The notes under the pieces were generated by a model. The model worked only from the letters and a program-made list of their open reading frames with translations, had not been told where the DNA came from and made no database searches. Positions 1-9,060 of a stretch of 64,000 nucleotides of DNA are shown here, piece after piece. Where the stretch lies: assembly GCA_041168925.1 (NCBI GenBank), contig JBEEJY010000005.1:2957-66956 (forward strand). The letters run 5' to 3'. Source of the stretch: Candidatus Parcubacteria bacterium. Lineage in GTDB: Bacteria; Patescibacteriota; Minisyncoccia; Phycocordibacterales; UBA2100. Made by a program: the position numbers and the translations under genes. Position 1 is the stretch's first letter; every line of letters starts with the position of its first letter.

Positions 1-259
1 TACGACGCAAGAACTGCAAGAAGTGAGCGAGGACATCGAGGAAATGCAGGAAGACATCGGTGAGATCCAGGAAGACGTCGACGAACTGCAGGAAGATGTC
101 GAAGAGATCACCGAAGACGAAGAGGCTGAAGAGGCGCAAGAAAAGGCGCGCTCCGTGGAGCAGCGAAGGACGCTCGCCGACATCCAGGCGGATTTGCGCA
201 AACTCATGCAAGACATCGCCAGACTCCAGAAACACGAGCCGCCCGTCTCGACGCCGTAG
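1..259 (+). CDS. C-terminal fragment of a highly acidic repeat/coiled-coil protein. The frame is open to the window edge and the gene starts upstream of the window.
   Basis: The frame of ORF 23..259 stays open back to position 2. It carries repeated E/D-rich heptad-like units (EDIEEMQEDIGEIQEDVDELQEDVEE). Confidence 0.3.
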   Translation, partial: TTQELQEVSEDIEEMQEDIGEIQEDVDELQEDVEEITEDEEAEEAQEKARSVEQRRTLADIQADLRKLMQDIARLQKHEPPVSTP

Positions 260-335
260 TTTCGAGCTTTCCACACGATAAGCACAGAAAGCATGTCCGT
301 GCGGCGCGCCTTCGCACCCGCCGAAATGGTAGGAT

Positions 336-1757
336 ATGCGCATGGAACAAAAGAATGCGGGACTTGTGAAAAGCCCGATCGTTACGCGTATTCCTCCGCA
401 GGATATCGAGATGGAACGCGCGCTCTTGGGCGCGCTGCTTCTCAATCAAAACGCCATGTACGAAGTCGCCGATCTCGTGAGCTCCGACTCGTTTTACGCG
501 GCGAAGCACCGGACGATTTTCGACGCCATGCTCGGTCTCTACGCCAAGGGCGAGCCGATCGACGTCGTGACCGCCGCGGCAAAACTCAAAGAACGCAAAC
601 AGCTTCCGCAAATCGGCGGAGCGGCATACTTAAGCGAACTCGCGGCAAGCGCGGCCTCGCCGGGGAGCGCCCGGCACTACGCGCAGAGCGTGCAGACGAA
701 ATTCGTATTGCGCTCTCTTATAGACGCCGCCGCAAAGATCGGCGAGCTTGGATTCGAGGAACATCGCGATATCGAGCAGATCCTCGACGAGGCGCAGGCC
801 GCGGTGTTTTCCGTCGCGCAGTCTCCGATGCTTCAATCCTTTAGCGCCATCAAAGAGGAGCTCGCCGAAGCGTGGGAGCGGCTCGAGAACCTGCAAAAAC
901 ATGCGGATACGATCCGCGGCATCCCGACCGGTTTTCCGCAGCTCGATAACCTGCTCGCCGGTTTTCAGAAATCCGACCTCGTCATTCTCGCGGCCCGGCC
1001 GAGTATAGGCAAAACGGCGCTTGCGCTCGACATCGCGCGGCAAACCGCCACGAAACACGGCACGGCGGTCGGTATCTTCTCTCTGGAGATGAGTTCGCAG
1101 CAGCTCGTCGATCGCATGCTCGCCGCGCAAGCGGGAGTCAATTCGTGGCGGCTGCGCACCGGAAAGATCAGGAGCGAGGATGAATTCGAGCGCTTGCAGC
1201 AAGGCATGGGCATACTCTCCGAAGCGCCGATTTTCATCGACGACAAGGCCTCGACGACGGTACTCGCGATGAGAAGCGTCGCGCGTCGGCTCAAAATGGA
1301 AAAAGATCTCGGGCTCGTCATCGTCGATTATCTCCAGCTCATTACCCCGACCAGCTCCCGCGCGGGCGACAACCTCGTGCAGCAAATCACCGAGATCTCG
1401 CGCTCCCTCAAAGCGATGGCGCGCGAGCTCGAGGTGCCCGTGCTAGCGCTCTCGCAACTCTCGCGCGCCGTGGAACAGCGCCGCGGCCGGCCCCGGCTTT
1501 CAGACCTCCGTGATTCCGGCTCGATCGAGCAAGACGCCGATGTAGTCATGTTTATCCATCGCGATGACAAGATGAACGAGAACTCAGACCGGCCCGGCAT
1601 AGCCGAGATTTTGGTTGAAAAGCATCGCAACGGGCCGGTCGGCAAGGTCGAGTTGCGCTTCGATGAGGAAAAGACCACCTTCATCTCCATCGATAAGAGC
1701 GATTTCGGCGACTACACGCCGGAAACGAACGTGGATTCAGGCGAATCACCCTTCTGA
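336..1757 (+). CDS. dnaB: Replicative DNA helicase DnaB
   Basis: 473 aa. N-terminal PPQDIEMERALLGALL motif, Walker A GKTALALDIA, and the RecA-like C-terminal domain are present. No intein insertion (normal length). Confidence 0.9.
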   Translation: MRMEQKNAGLVKSPIVTRIPPQDIEMERALLGALLLNQNAMYEVADLVSSDSFYAAKHRTIFDAMLGLYAKGEPIDVVTAAAKLKERKQLPQIGGAAYLSELAASAASPGSARHYAQSVQTKFVLRSLIDAAAKIGELGFEEHRDIEQILDEAQAAVFSVAQSPMLQSFSAIKEELAEAWERLENLQKHADTIRGIPTGFPQLDNLLAGFQKSDLVILAARPSIGKTALALDIARQTATKHGTAVGIFSLEMSSQQLVDRMLAAQAGVNSWRLRTGKIRSEDEFERLQQGMGILSEAPIFIDDKASTTVLAMRSVARRLKMEKDLGLVIVDYLQLITPTSSRAGDNLVQQITEISRSLKAMARELEVPVLALSQLSRAVEQRRGRPRLSDLRDSGSIEQDADVVMFIHRDDKMNENSDRPGIAEILVEKHRNGPVGKVELRFDEEKTTFISIDKSDFGDYTPETNVDSGESPF

Positions 1758-1779
1758 TCCCCCGCGGTATACTGCCGCC

Positions 1780-2379
1780 ATGGACACGATCGAGCACCTG
1801 GCGGCGCTGTTTCAAAAATTTCCCGGCATCGGCCCCAGGCAGGCGCAGCGCTTCGTACAATTCCTGCTCCGCGCTCCTTCGTCGACACGACGCGAGCTTG
1901 CAGAGTTGATTCGGGAACTCGGCGGTTCGGTCCGCCAGTGCGAACAATGCAATAGGTTCCATGTCGGCGCGAAAAAGTCTTGCTCAATCTGCCTTGATGC
2001 CTCGCGCGATCACGCAAGCCTCGCGATCGTCGCGTCCGACGCCGACCTCACGGCGCTTGAGCGCTCCGATACCTTCCGCGGGCGCTACTTCGTGCTCGGC
2101 GGCCTGATCTCGCTCGCATCGGAAAAGATGGACGGCGTGCGGCTCAAACAGCTGTTCGATTCGATTCCGAACAGGATAAAGAACGGCTTGCAAGAGGTTA
2201 TCCTCGCCTTCCCCGCCAATCCCGAAGGCGACGCCACCGCCTCGCGCGTGCACGACGATATCATCGCGAAATTCCCGGGCTTCAAAGTTACGTCGCTCGG
2301 CCGCGGGCTTTCGACCGGCTCCGAGCTCGAATACGCGGATCCGGAGACCCTCAAGAATGCGTTCGCGAGCAGGAGATAG
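1780..2379 (+). CDS. recR: Recombination protein RecR
   Basis: Internal ATG at 1780 gives a 199-aa product: MDTIEHLAALFQKFPGIGPRQAQR (helix-hairpin-helix), a C4 zinc finger CEQCNRF...CSIC, and a Toprim domain. Confidence 0.9.
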   Translation: MDTIEHLAALFQKFPGIGPRQAQRFVQFLLRAPSSTRRELAELIRELGGSVRQCEQCNRFHVGAKKSCSICLDASRDHASLAIVASDADLTALERSDTFRGRYFVLGGLISLASEKMDGVRLKQLFDSIPNRIKNGLQEVILAFPANPEGDATASRVHDDIIAKFPGFKVTSLGRGLSTGSELEYADPETLKNAFASRR

Positions 2380-2386
2380 ATGATCG

Positions 2387-2707
2387 CTACGGAAGCGCAA
2401 CGATGCGCACCTTGGAAAACGGCTGGCGATGACCGCGCTTTTTGAAGTAGCGGCTCTTTTGGCGATAGCGGATCACGGTGACCTTCTTTGCGCGGCCGTG
2501 TTCCACGAGCTCCGCGCTCACTTCGGCGTCTTTGATGTACGGCGTGCCCACCTCGGTCTTCGAACCATCGTCGGTGAGCAAGACTTTATCAAACGTGATT
2601 TTCGCGCCCGCCTTGCCGGCATTGGGAAGGGATTCAACATTTAATACACTGTCCTTCATGACGAGGTACTGTTTTCCGCCTGTTTCGATGATCGCGATCT
2701 TCGCCAT
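2387..2707 (-). CDS. rplU: 50S ribosomal protein L21
   Basis: MAKIAIIETGGKQYLV...KKVTVIRYRQKSRYFKKRGHRQPFSKVRI. Start is the internal ATG at 2707; the longer ORF to 2911 is an Arg-rich N-terminal extension and is unlikely to be real. Confidence 0.9.
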   Translation of the reverse strand: MAKIAIIETGGKQYLVMKDSVLNVESLPNAGKAGAKITFDKVLLTDDGSKTEVGTPYIKDAEVSAELVEHGRAKKVTVIRYRQKSRYFKKRGHRQPFSKVRIVALP

Positions 2708-2748
2708 ACGTCGGCGCACTATACATGATCTTCCAAAAAAGTGAAGCC

Positions 2749-3171
2749 CTACGACGTCGTAGGGCTTGGGCCGGCCACGCGCGGCCAGAACACCTTGAAG
2801 GTCGCACGTGCCACGACTGCTTGGGGTCTCGCGATTCGAATGCACACGAGCGAGAAATACGCGATCGTGCCGTGGATGCCGCTGCCGCGGCGTATTTTCT
2901 CCAGCGTGCATGTCGCGCGCATCGGCTCGCCGAGAGATAAGTACCGCGGGAACTTCGCTTCAATGATCTCATCGAGGAAGAATAATCCGCCCAGCTGCTC
3001 GATCACCCAATCGTGGCAAGCCTTGAGCGTCTCCATTCCGCGCACGACGTTCCCATGCGCCCGGCCCGCGTCTCCGGACGCCTGATCAAATATGAAGTCT
3101 TCGCATCTCGACTCGCCGGTCTTCCAAATCCCGTCGCGAGCCAATACGAACGCAATGACCGCATCGTTCAT
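2749..3171 (-). CDS. Hypothetical protein (about 141 aa)
   Basis: Start MNDAVIAFVLARDG is preceded by a GGGA ribosome-binding site. The N-terminal 100 aa are protein-like; no recognisable domain. The C-terminus is lower complexity, so the call is weak. Confidence 0.3.
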   Translation of the reverse strand: MNDAVIAFVLARDGIWKTGESRCEDFIFDQASGDAGRAHGNVVRGMETLKACHDWVIEQLGGLFFLDEIIEAKFPRYLSLGEPMRATCTLEKIRRGSGIHGTIAYFSLVCIRIARPQAVVARATFKVFWPRVAGPSPTTS

Positions 3172-3312
3172 TGTATGTCCCTCCGATAAGCGCCTGGAAC
3201 TCATCCGCCGCAATAGTGCATGCTGGCGTGGAATGTGCAATAGTAAACGTAGTAAAGCGTCAGGCAAGCTTTCTTATCTGCCAGCGCCGGTTTGGCGCGA
3301 GCAGCCTATTCC

Positions 3313-4404
3313 TCAATCCTCAAGTGAAAGGGTCGGCCGCTCGACAGTCTCCAGATTCAAGCCTATCGATTCCTCCGTGATCTTCAACACGTCTTTATCG
3401 ATGCTGCGAAACGCCTTGCCGGATTTCTCGAAATGCCCGACGGCGGCGCTCAGCGATTTGCCGAGGCTATTGTGCGAGTCCTCATACGCCTTGAGGTCCT
3501 TTTTCAGATCGGCCACATTCCGGATAATGTCTTTCGCCGCTTCCTGAATCTTTGCGCGCTGATTACCGAACAACACGGTTTGCAAATACGCCAAAAAAGT
3601 GGTCGGGGACGCGATCATGACGTTCTTTTGTTGGTAGGCGTACTCGATGAGATCCCGCGAATTAACGCCGACGCCGACATCGTTGCTCAAGAGATCGTAG
3701 TATATCCCTTCGGCCGGAATGAACATGAACGCGAACGGCATCGTCCCCTCCTCGGGCCGGATATATTTCGCGGTTTGATCGATTTGTTTCTTGACGTCCG
3801 CCTTGAATTCGCGCCGATACGACTCCCTGCGCTGTTCGTCTGTCTCTTCGATGAGCCGCAGATAATTTTCCAGCGGGAATTTCGCGTCTACCGGCAAGAT
3901 GCCGTCTTTGGTCTTGACGGCGAAGTCGACTTTTTCGCCGTTCTTGAACATGTACTGCGTCTCGTACTGGCCCGGCAGCACGTTCGAGAGGATGAGATCG
4001 AGCGAAGCCTCGCCCAAATTTCCCCGTTGTTTTTGATTCTTGAGGACTTTCTCGAGATTCTGCAATTGTTCCGCGATCGTGAAGACTTGCTTGGTCGATT
4101 CTTTGGTCTCTGACACGCCGCGCACTACCTCGGTCAACTGCTGCGATACTCGATTGGTGATGGCATCGAGCTGTTGCTGGATGTTGGCGATAGTCTTCTG
4201 CGATTGATCGGATTGGAGGCGAATGCCCTCGAACATCCGGTTCGTGCCTTCGCCGAGCTTGCCTTCGAGCGAGCGGGCGAGTTCTTGCAGCTGATTTTGC
4301 AGAAGGACCATACTGTCGGTATCTTGCCTATTCCACCGGCTCCAGAGCAGGAACGCCACAAGCGCGATATTCGTGATGAGGAGAATGAGGATGAACATTT
4401 CCAT
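3313..4404 (-). CDS. rmuC: DNA recombination protein RmuC
   Basis: 363 aa with an N-terminal TM helix, long coiled-coil region and the conserved C-terminal RmuC nuclease-like domain (FMFIPAEGIYYDLL...ASPTTFLAYLQTV). Confidence 0.85.
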   Translation of the reverse strand: MEMFILILLITNIALVAFLLWSRWNRQDTDSMVLLQNQLQELARSLEGKLGEGTNRMFEGIRLQSDQSQKTIANIQQQLDAITNRVSQQLTEVVRGVSETKESTKQVFTIAEQLQNLEKVLKNQKQRGNLGEASLDLILSNVLPGQYETQYMFKNGEKVDFAVKTKDGILPVDAKFPLENYLRLIEETDEQRRESYRREFKADVKKQIDQTAKYIRPEEGTMPFAFMFIPAEGIYYDLLSNDVGVGVNSRDLIEYAYQQKNVMIASPTTFLAYLQTVLFGNQRAKIQEAAKDIIRNVADLKKDLKAYEDSHNSLGKSLSAAVGHFEKSGKAFRSIDKDVLKITEESIGLNLETVERPTLSLED

Positions 4405-4471
4405 ACGACGATTTTAGCACGGGGAGATTTTTCTTACAGCGGCGTGCCTGTTTCGTGATACACTCCAGGGT

Positions 4472-4921
4472 ATGTTGGTCCAGCGAATCCGCAACGACAT
4501 GAAAGAAGCCATGAAGAGTAAGGAACAGGTGCGGCTCGATACGCTGCGCGGAGCACTGGCCGCGTTCACGAACGAGCTCGTGGCTAAGGGCAAAAAGCCG
4601 ACCGATGAAGTGGACGACACCATGGCTGTCGCGGTCCTAAAACGGCTCGCGAAGCAGCGCAAGGATTCCGCCGAGCAATTCATGAAAGGCGGCCGCGCCG
4701 AGCTTGCCGAAAAAGAGTCCGCGGAACTCAAGATCATCGAAGCCTACCTTCCCGAGGCGGCCTCGCGCGAGGAGATCGAGAAAGTCGCGCGCGCAAAGAT
4801 GGCCGAACTTGGCGTTGCCGACGCATCGGGTGCCGGCAAACTCACCGGGGTCATTATGAAAGAATTCGCCGGCCGTGCGGACGGCAGCGACGTGAAGGAG
4901 GTTGTCAAAAGCCTGTTTTGA
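4472..4921 (+). CDS. GatB/YqeY domain protein
   Basis: 149 aa. Ends ...GKLTGVIMKEFAGRADGSDVKEVVKSLF, typical of YqeY. Confidence 0.8.
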   Translation: MLVQRIRNDMKEAMKSKEQVRLDTLRGALAAFTNELVAKGKKPTDEVDDTMAVAVLKRLAKQRKDSAEQFMKGGRAELAEKESAELKIIEAYLPEAASREEIEKVARAKMAELGVADASGAGKLTGVIMKEFAGRADGSDVKEVVKSLF

Positions 4922-4979
4922 TTGTACAATCTTTGCAGTTGAACCGCGTTTTGGAACCACAACATCCGAAGGTGCCGCA

Positions 4980-5270
4980 ATGGACTCTCTGATCACTAGA
5001 GCGTCTCGGGCATTTGTGCGACTTCCCGCACCGCATGCTCGGCGAATACGCAGCGACTGGTTCGATATAATCGCCGCCGCTGAAAACATGCGAACGAAAG
5101 ACGGTCTCGCCGACGGGACGATACCGAGGGCGTTGCATCAGTTCCGCATCGATGAACGGCCGGGCGATGAGTATCGGGCCTATCACTACCTGCTCTTCAA
5201 TTTCTTCCTCTATGACGGCGCCTTGGTGAAGAGCGCGGCGCGGCGCGATCAGGAGGGTCGAGATGCATAA
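4980..5270 (+). CDS. Hypothetical protein (97 aa), first gene of an ATGcaTAA-overlapping pair
   Basis: AGGTG ribosome-binding site 6 nt upstream of ATG 4980. Its stop overlaps the start of the next ORF. Confidence 0.4.
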   Translation: MDSLITRASRAFVRLPAPHARRIRSDWFDIIAAAENMRTKDGLADGTIPRALHQFRIDERPGDEYRAYHYLLFNFFLYDGALVKSAARRDQEGRDA

Positions 5271-5664
5271 GCTTACTCCTCGGGAACGGGAAGAGCTCGC
5301 CGATGCCGAGAGCGAATTTCCCGGCTTCGTGCGGTTGATCTCGGTGACCCGCTTCGGCGCGATACTTGAGGTGCGGACCGAAGAGTGGGTATTCGTCGAA
5401 GACGAGGGAGCGTTCTACTTGCGGTCAAAAATGGATCCTGAACGCGTACCCGCGGCTCTTTTTCGTCTCGCGTTTCTCCGGGCACGGGAAGCGGTGGCAG
5501 CGGTACGCGAGGGCCACGCGAGAGCGTCCGCGCGCAAACGCGCGCGGACGGGTCATGCTCATTCGAAAAAAACAGAACGAATCTTGGCGCGCGTCGGCCA
5601 GCGCACGCTTCCGTTTGAGCTTCATACTCAACTGAAGCCGCGACGCGGCCGTTCGCGCCTGTAA
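5263..5664 (+). CDS. Hypothetical protein (133 aa) with a basic C-terminal tail
   Basis: Translationally coupled to the upstream ORF. No recognisable domain. Confidence 0.4.
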   Translation: MHKLTPREREELADAESEFPGFVRLISVTRFGAILEVRTEEWVFVEDEGAFYLRSKMDPERVPAALFRLAFLRAREAVAAVREGHARASARKRARTGHAHSKKTERILARVGQRTLPFELHTQLKPRRGRSRL

Positions 5665-5714
5665 TGAACCGCGCATGGGGAATGTTGCATTCGTACCCCA
5701 GCGCGGTTTTTCTG

Positions 5715-6917
5715 TTATGAGAACGCCGCCGCCCCCTTTTGCGCATGGAGTGATCCGGTTGCGGCAACGAGCGCGGCCGCGGCAAAAACCAGCACGAGTG
5801 CCACGGGGAACGAAAACGAGAGCGCCGCGAACGAACCGATGATCGCGACCGTGATACGCCCTATCGCGAGTCCCATTTCTTTGAGCGCCGTATACTCGTC
5901 GAGAAAGAGTCCGGCATCGGCTGCCTGCTCGAAAGTAAACGGGTCGAGCCCGTAGCGCACCGGCGAGGCGGTATAAAAATATGAATCGACAAGCACGATC
6001 CCGAGCGGTGTTGCGACCGCGACCCGCATGATCCATGGCGAAATGATGAGAAGCGCGTTGATGAGCTTGGATGTCGGCATCGCTTCGCGCACGAGCGCGC
6101 GCGCGAATATGGCGGCGAGGAATGTGATCGTGAGCACGACGCCCACGACGCCGTACGACCAATTCGTCATGGTAAAGATCGCGATCGGCCAGAAGAACAT
6201 GAGCGCGGCGCCGATCATTCCCTCCCGGATCGCGCGCGATACCACGACGTGATTTTCCCGCGCCATGAGGTGCATGAACGACTCTCGATAGCTCCAAGGA
6301 AAACGTTCGGCCGCTTCCGGAAGCGATGAGGCCGCCCTGAGAGAAAGGAGCATGAGCGCCGCACCCGCGTAGAGCACCGCGTATGCGCTTGCGGGATAGG
6401 CGGCGATAAGGAGCCCGCCCACCGCCGGCGCGCATGCGATTATGATCTCCTTGAGCGACGAGCGCTTCCGCGGCGCAAAATCATGCGCTTCTATCTCATA
6501 CGGAATCCAATAAAATGCGCGGTAGAGTCCGAGCAATATGGCAAAGAGCACTATGGCAAGCGGAATATATATGACATGCGCCACGCCCTGAAACGATACG
6601 CCGAGTAGGGCAAACCCGGAAGCCGCGAGGAATACGCCGAGCACGATGGATCGCCGCACGCCGTGCCGCAGCATTCGCGCCGCAAGGGGTGTCGCAAGCA
6701 CGAGTGTCGTATGAGATAGCGCGAAAAGGAGCGCCACGCGCGCGAGCGCGCGGGCGAGATCTCCTTCGACCAGGTAAAGGTACTGGAAGATAAATATCCA
6801 CGCAAAGACATGCGAAATGCCGAGTGCGAGTCGAAAAAGAAAACGATGTGAAAGCAAGCGAGTCCTCCCTTCCTTGCGCGAGCGAGCGAGTCTCAAGGCA
6901 TCCAGGCGGCTCATAGA
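5715..6917 (-). CDS. Multi-pass membrane transporter, MFS-like
   Basis: About 12 predicted hydrophobic helices. The 456-aa ORF has an Arg-rich N-terminus that is probably not coding; the internal start MSRLDALRL at 6917 is chosen. Confidence 0.5.
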   Translation of the reverse strand, partial: SMSRLDALRLARSRKEGRTRLLSHRFLFRLALGISHVFAWIFIFQYLYLVEGDLARALARVALLFALSHTTLVLATPLAARMLRHGVRRSIVLGVFLAASGFALLGVSFQGVAHVIYIPLAIVLFAILLGLYRAFYWIPYEIEAHDFAPRKRSSLKEIIIACAPAVGGLLIAAYPASAYAVLYAGAALMLLSLRAASSLPEAAERFPWSYRESFMHLMARENHVVVSRAIREGMIGAALMFFWPIAIFTMTNWSYGVVGVVLTITFLAAIFARALVREAMPTSKLINALLIISPWIMRVAVATPLGIVLVDSYFYTASPVRYGLDPFTFEQAADAGLFLDEYTALKEMGLAIGRITVAIIGSFAALSFSFPVALVLVFAAAALVAATGSLHAQKGAAAFS

Positions 6918-7288
6918 TGAGCGCGACGATGAGGAGTCTCTCGGATCGCCCGCGTCTGCGGAGAAAAGAGCGGCACAACGACGACGAGCGCGTATCCGAT
7001 CCACACATTCCAATCGGCGAAAAGTTGCCAGCCGATAAGGGGCACGTTGAGCAGAGCGTCGATCACAAACGCGACCGCTGTCCATGCGATTGAGTACGGC
7101 AAAATATCTCTCCAGGCATGCAAATGGAGCGACCGGCCGGCGATTGTCGTCGTGACGACGAGGACGACGAGTTCAAGAATGCGCGACAAAAGCGTACCGC
7201 TTATGCTGTATGTGCTCATCAAGGACCATGAGAGAGCCATGATCGCGTAAATAACCACTCCCCACCCCACGGTGGCGCCGAATCTCAT
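6911..7288 (-). CDS. Small integral membrane protein (125 aa)
   Basis: Four hydrophobic helices. Overlaps the downstream transporter start by a few nt (operon-like). Confidence 0.4.
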   Translation of the reverse strand: MRFGATVGWGVVIYAIMALSWSLMSTYSISGTLLSRILELVVLVVTTTIAGRSLHLHAWRDILPYSIAWTAVAFVIDALLNVPLIGWQLFADWNVWIGYALVVVVPLFSPQTRAIRETPHRRAHL

Positions 7289-7392
7289 GCCTCCATTATG
7301 AATGATGAAGCGCCAAAAGCGACGCGGCGTGTGGATAGGATCGTACCTATACGTTCATCACCTGTGTACGCTCTGAGGCGAAATATCCCTAT

Positions 7393-7432
7393 CTCCCGCC
7401 TATAGGCGCGAGATAGGGATATGTGAATATGT
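7393..7432. repeat. Near-perfect 40-nt palindrome: ATATCCCTATCTCCCGCC TATA GGCGCGAGATAGGGATAT
   Basis: Read directly from the sequence: 13-bp perfect arms, extending to about 18 bp with one offset. Intergenic, between the stop of the anti-sigma-like gene (7466) and the start of the membrane gene (7288). Confidence 0.6.
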
Positions 7433-7465
7433 CGAGCGGGTTGCGAAGAAATGGTTATGGACCGG

Positions 7466-8500
7466 TCAGAGATCGAGTTCGATCTTCATCCTTCCTTTCT
7501 GCCGCGAATCTTCGGATCTCTCATGCGATCCGCCTGAATGATCATCGGATTGCGCTTCTTTGATCGCGGCCTCGAACACCTCGGCGGGTACGCTCACTTC
7601 TTCACTGGCCTCGGATAGTCCGGCGGCCGATCCGACATCGCTCGCCGCCGACGAAGTCGCACTCTCGACTGAAACCGCGCTCATGGCAGCAGGCGCGGCT
7701 TGGGCGGCTCGGAGCGTTGCCGTATCGGCGCCGGATTCTTGGACTTCAACACGGCTCTTCACCCTGTTCGACACCGAGACGAAGTTGCTGGCTACCGTGC
7801 GAACGCGCCCGACCTTCTGGACCCGCTCGCGCACGCGCTCGCGGATCGATTCAAGGGCGGATTTGTTCTGCGGCGCGGCGTCCGACATTTTTGAAAGCGC
7901 ATCTTCATGTTCTTTCAGAGATGCCTCAAGTCTCTCGGCTGCGGCCGCCACGACGGGCGCGCTGCCTGTTGCCGATGCGAGCGCGCGCACGTTTTCGTCG
8001 AATTCGCCGTTCGAAGTATCGAAACCGAGCTCGATGTCGGTTTTCGCTTCGCTTGTAAGAGCCCCTTGCTGCGCGAGCGCTTCAGCCTCGGCGAGGCGGC
8101 GGCTCGTGCGCTCGACATTCCAGTGCGCTTTTGCCTCGTCGGACACGGCAAGCGCGCCTTGAATCGATTCGTTGAAATGGATCTTGAGCGGATAAAGCGC
8201 ATCGCCGGGAAGTGCTCCTTCCGCCGCATAGGAAGTGCCGATACCAGCCGTGAGCACGAGTACGAGCGAAAGGGCCGCGGGATGCAAACGTATGTGCGAA
8301 AATAACCGAAAGTCGAGCGAGCGGACGCGTGAGCGGAGGCGCGCGCCAAGCGGCATCGCCGCGGGATGTTCGTGCACAAACAGCTTCAGCCTTTCGCGCA
8401 TGCTGGCGCGCTCATGCGGCGAAAGGCGCTCGCTTCTCGCCGTATCAAAAAAAGTCTCGAATTCGTCGATAACCATAGCGCACGCGGAACTCTCTTGCAT
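7466..8500 (-). CDS. DUF5667-like putative anti-sigma factor (single TM; Ala/Ser/Glu-rich extracytoplasmic tail)
   Basis: 344 aa. N-terminal cytoplasmic region, one TM helix (AALSLVLVLTAGIG), then a helical domain and low-complexity tail. Lies 3' of the ECF sigma gene on the same strand. Confidence 0.55.
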   Translation of the reverse strand: MQESSACAMVIDEFETFFDTARSERLSPHERASMRERLKLFVHEHPAAMPLGARLRSRVRSLDFRLFSHIRLHPAALSLVLVLTAGIGTSYAAEGALPGDALYPLKIHFNESIQGALAVSDEAKAHWNVERTSRRLAEAEALAQQGALTSEAKTDIELGFDTSNGEFDENVRALASATGSAPVVAAAAERLEASLKEHEDALSKMSDAAPQNKSALESIRERVRERVQKVGRVRTVASNFVSVSNRVKSRVEVQESGADTATLRAAQAAPAAMSAVSVESATSSAASDVGSAAGLSEASEEVSVPAEVFEAAIKEAQSDDHSGGSHERSEDSRQKGRMKIELDL

Positions 8501-8559
8501 GATAACCTATTACACGCAAAAAACAGCATTCCGCACATGGCTATAGACGCTCGTCAAGT

Positions 8560-8593
8560 GTCTCTATTACGGCGGCGGGCCCCTAAAAGGGGC
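8560..8593. terminator. GC-rich hairpin GGCGGCGGGCCCC-TAAAA-GGGGCCCGCCGC, 3' of the RRM gene
   Basis: Perfect 12-13 bp stem seen in the sequence. Weak U-tract, so it may be a factor-dependent or bidirectional terminator. Confidence 0.4.
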
Positions 8594-8620
8594 CCGCCGC
8601 GTATTGAACCGTCGGAACGC

Positions 8621-8941
8621 TTACCAGCTTCGGCCGCCGCCATTGCCGCGTCCGTAGCCGCCGTTTCCGCCTCCGCGGAAATCGCGTCGGGGTTCCATCG
8701 GGCGCGCCTCGTTGACCGTGAGGTTGCGTCCGCCGAACTCCTTGCCGTTCCATGTGTCGATCGCCTTCTGTGCTTCCTCGTCGGAAGACATCTCGACGAA
8801 GCCGAATCCTTTCGATCGTCCGCTCATCTTGTCCATGATGACGACGGCCGACGTAACGGCTCCGCACTGCGCGAAGGCATCCTTGAGTTCCGTATCGGTG
8901 GTGCTGTAAGGCAACCCGCCGACGTAGAGCTTCTTAGCCAT
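8621..8941 (-). CDS. RRM-type RNA-binding protein with a Gly-rich C-terminal tail
   Basis: RNP2 motif KLYVGGL and RNP1 motif KGFGFVEM, then a C-terminal RGG/GGYGRGNGGG tail. 106 aa. Confidence 0.85.
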   Translation of the reverse strand: MAKKLYVGGLPYSTTDTELKDAFAQCGAVTSAVVIMDKMSGRSKGFGFVEMSSDEEAQKAIDTWNGKEFGGRNLTVNEARPMEPRRDFRGGGNGGYGRGNGGGRSW

Positions 8942-9060
8942 GCTTTTGTGTTCTTGTTCTTGTAACCATGTAAACCAACCTTCCCTGCACTCTGTGGCTT
9001 ATGACCCCAAAAGCATGGAACCTTACATTCGCCGCCATCATGCCTCCTCGCTCATTTTTG

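Noticed and set aside
336-1757. Possible intein in DnaB
   Set aside because: The product is 473 aa with contiguous helicase motifs, which is normal size. No insertion is present.
2741-3085. Plus-strand 114-aa ORF between rplU and rmuC
   Set aside because: Its composition is not protein-like (Ser/Pro/Arg-rich). The minus-strand ORF 2749..3171 with a ribosome-binding site is the better, though still weak, candidate.
5425-6435. 336-aa minus-strand ORF, Arg/Gly-rich
   Set aside because: Extremely Arg/Ala/Gly-biased with no hydrophobic core. This is a typical antisense artefact in high-GC DNA, and it overlaps the better-supported plus-strand small gene and the minus-strand transporter.
8366-8965. 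Plus-strand 199-aa ORF overlapping the RRM gene
   Set aside because: It is antisense to a well-supported RRM protein gene and has an Arg/Ala-rich artefactual composition.
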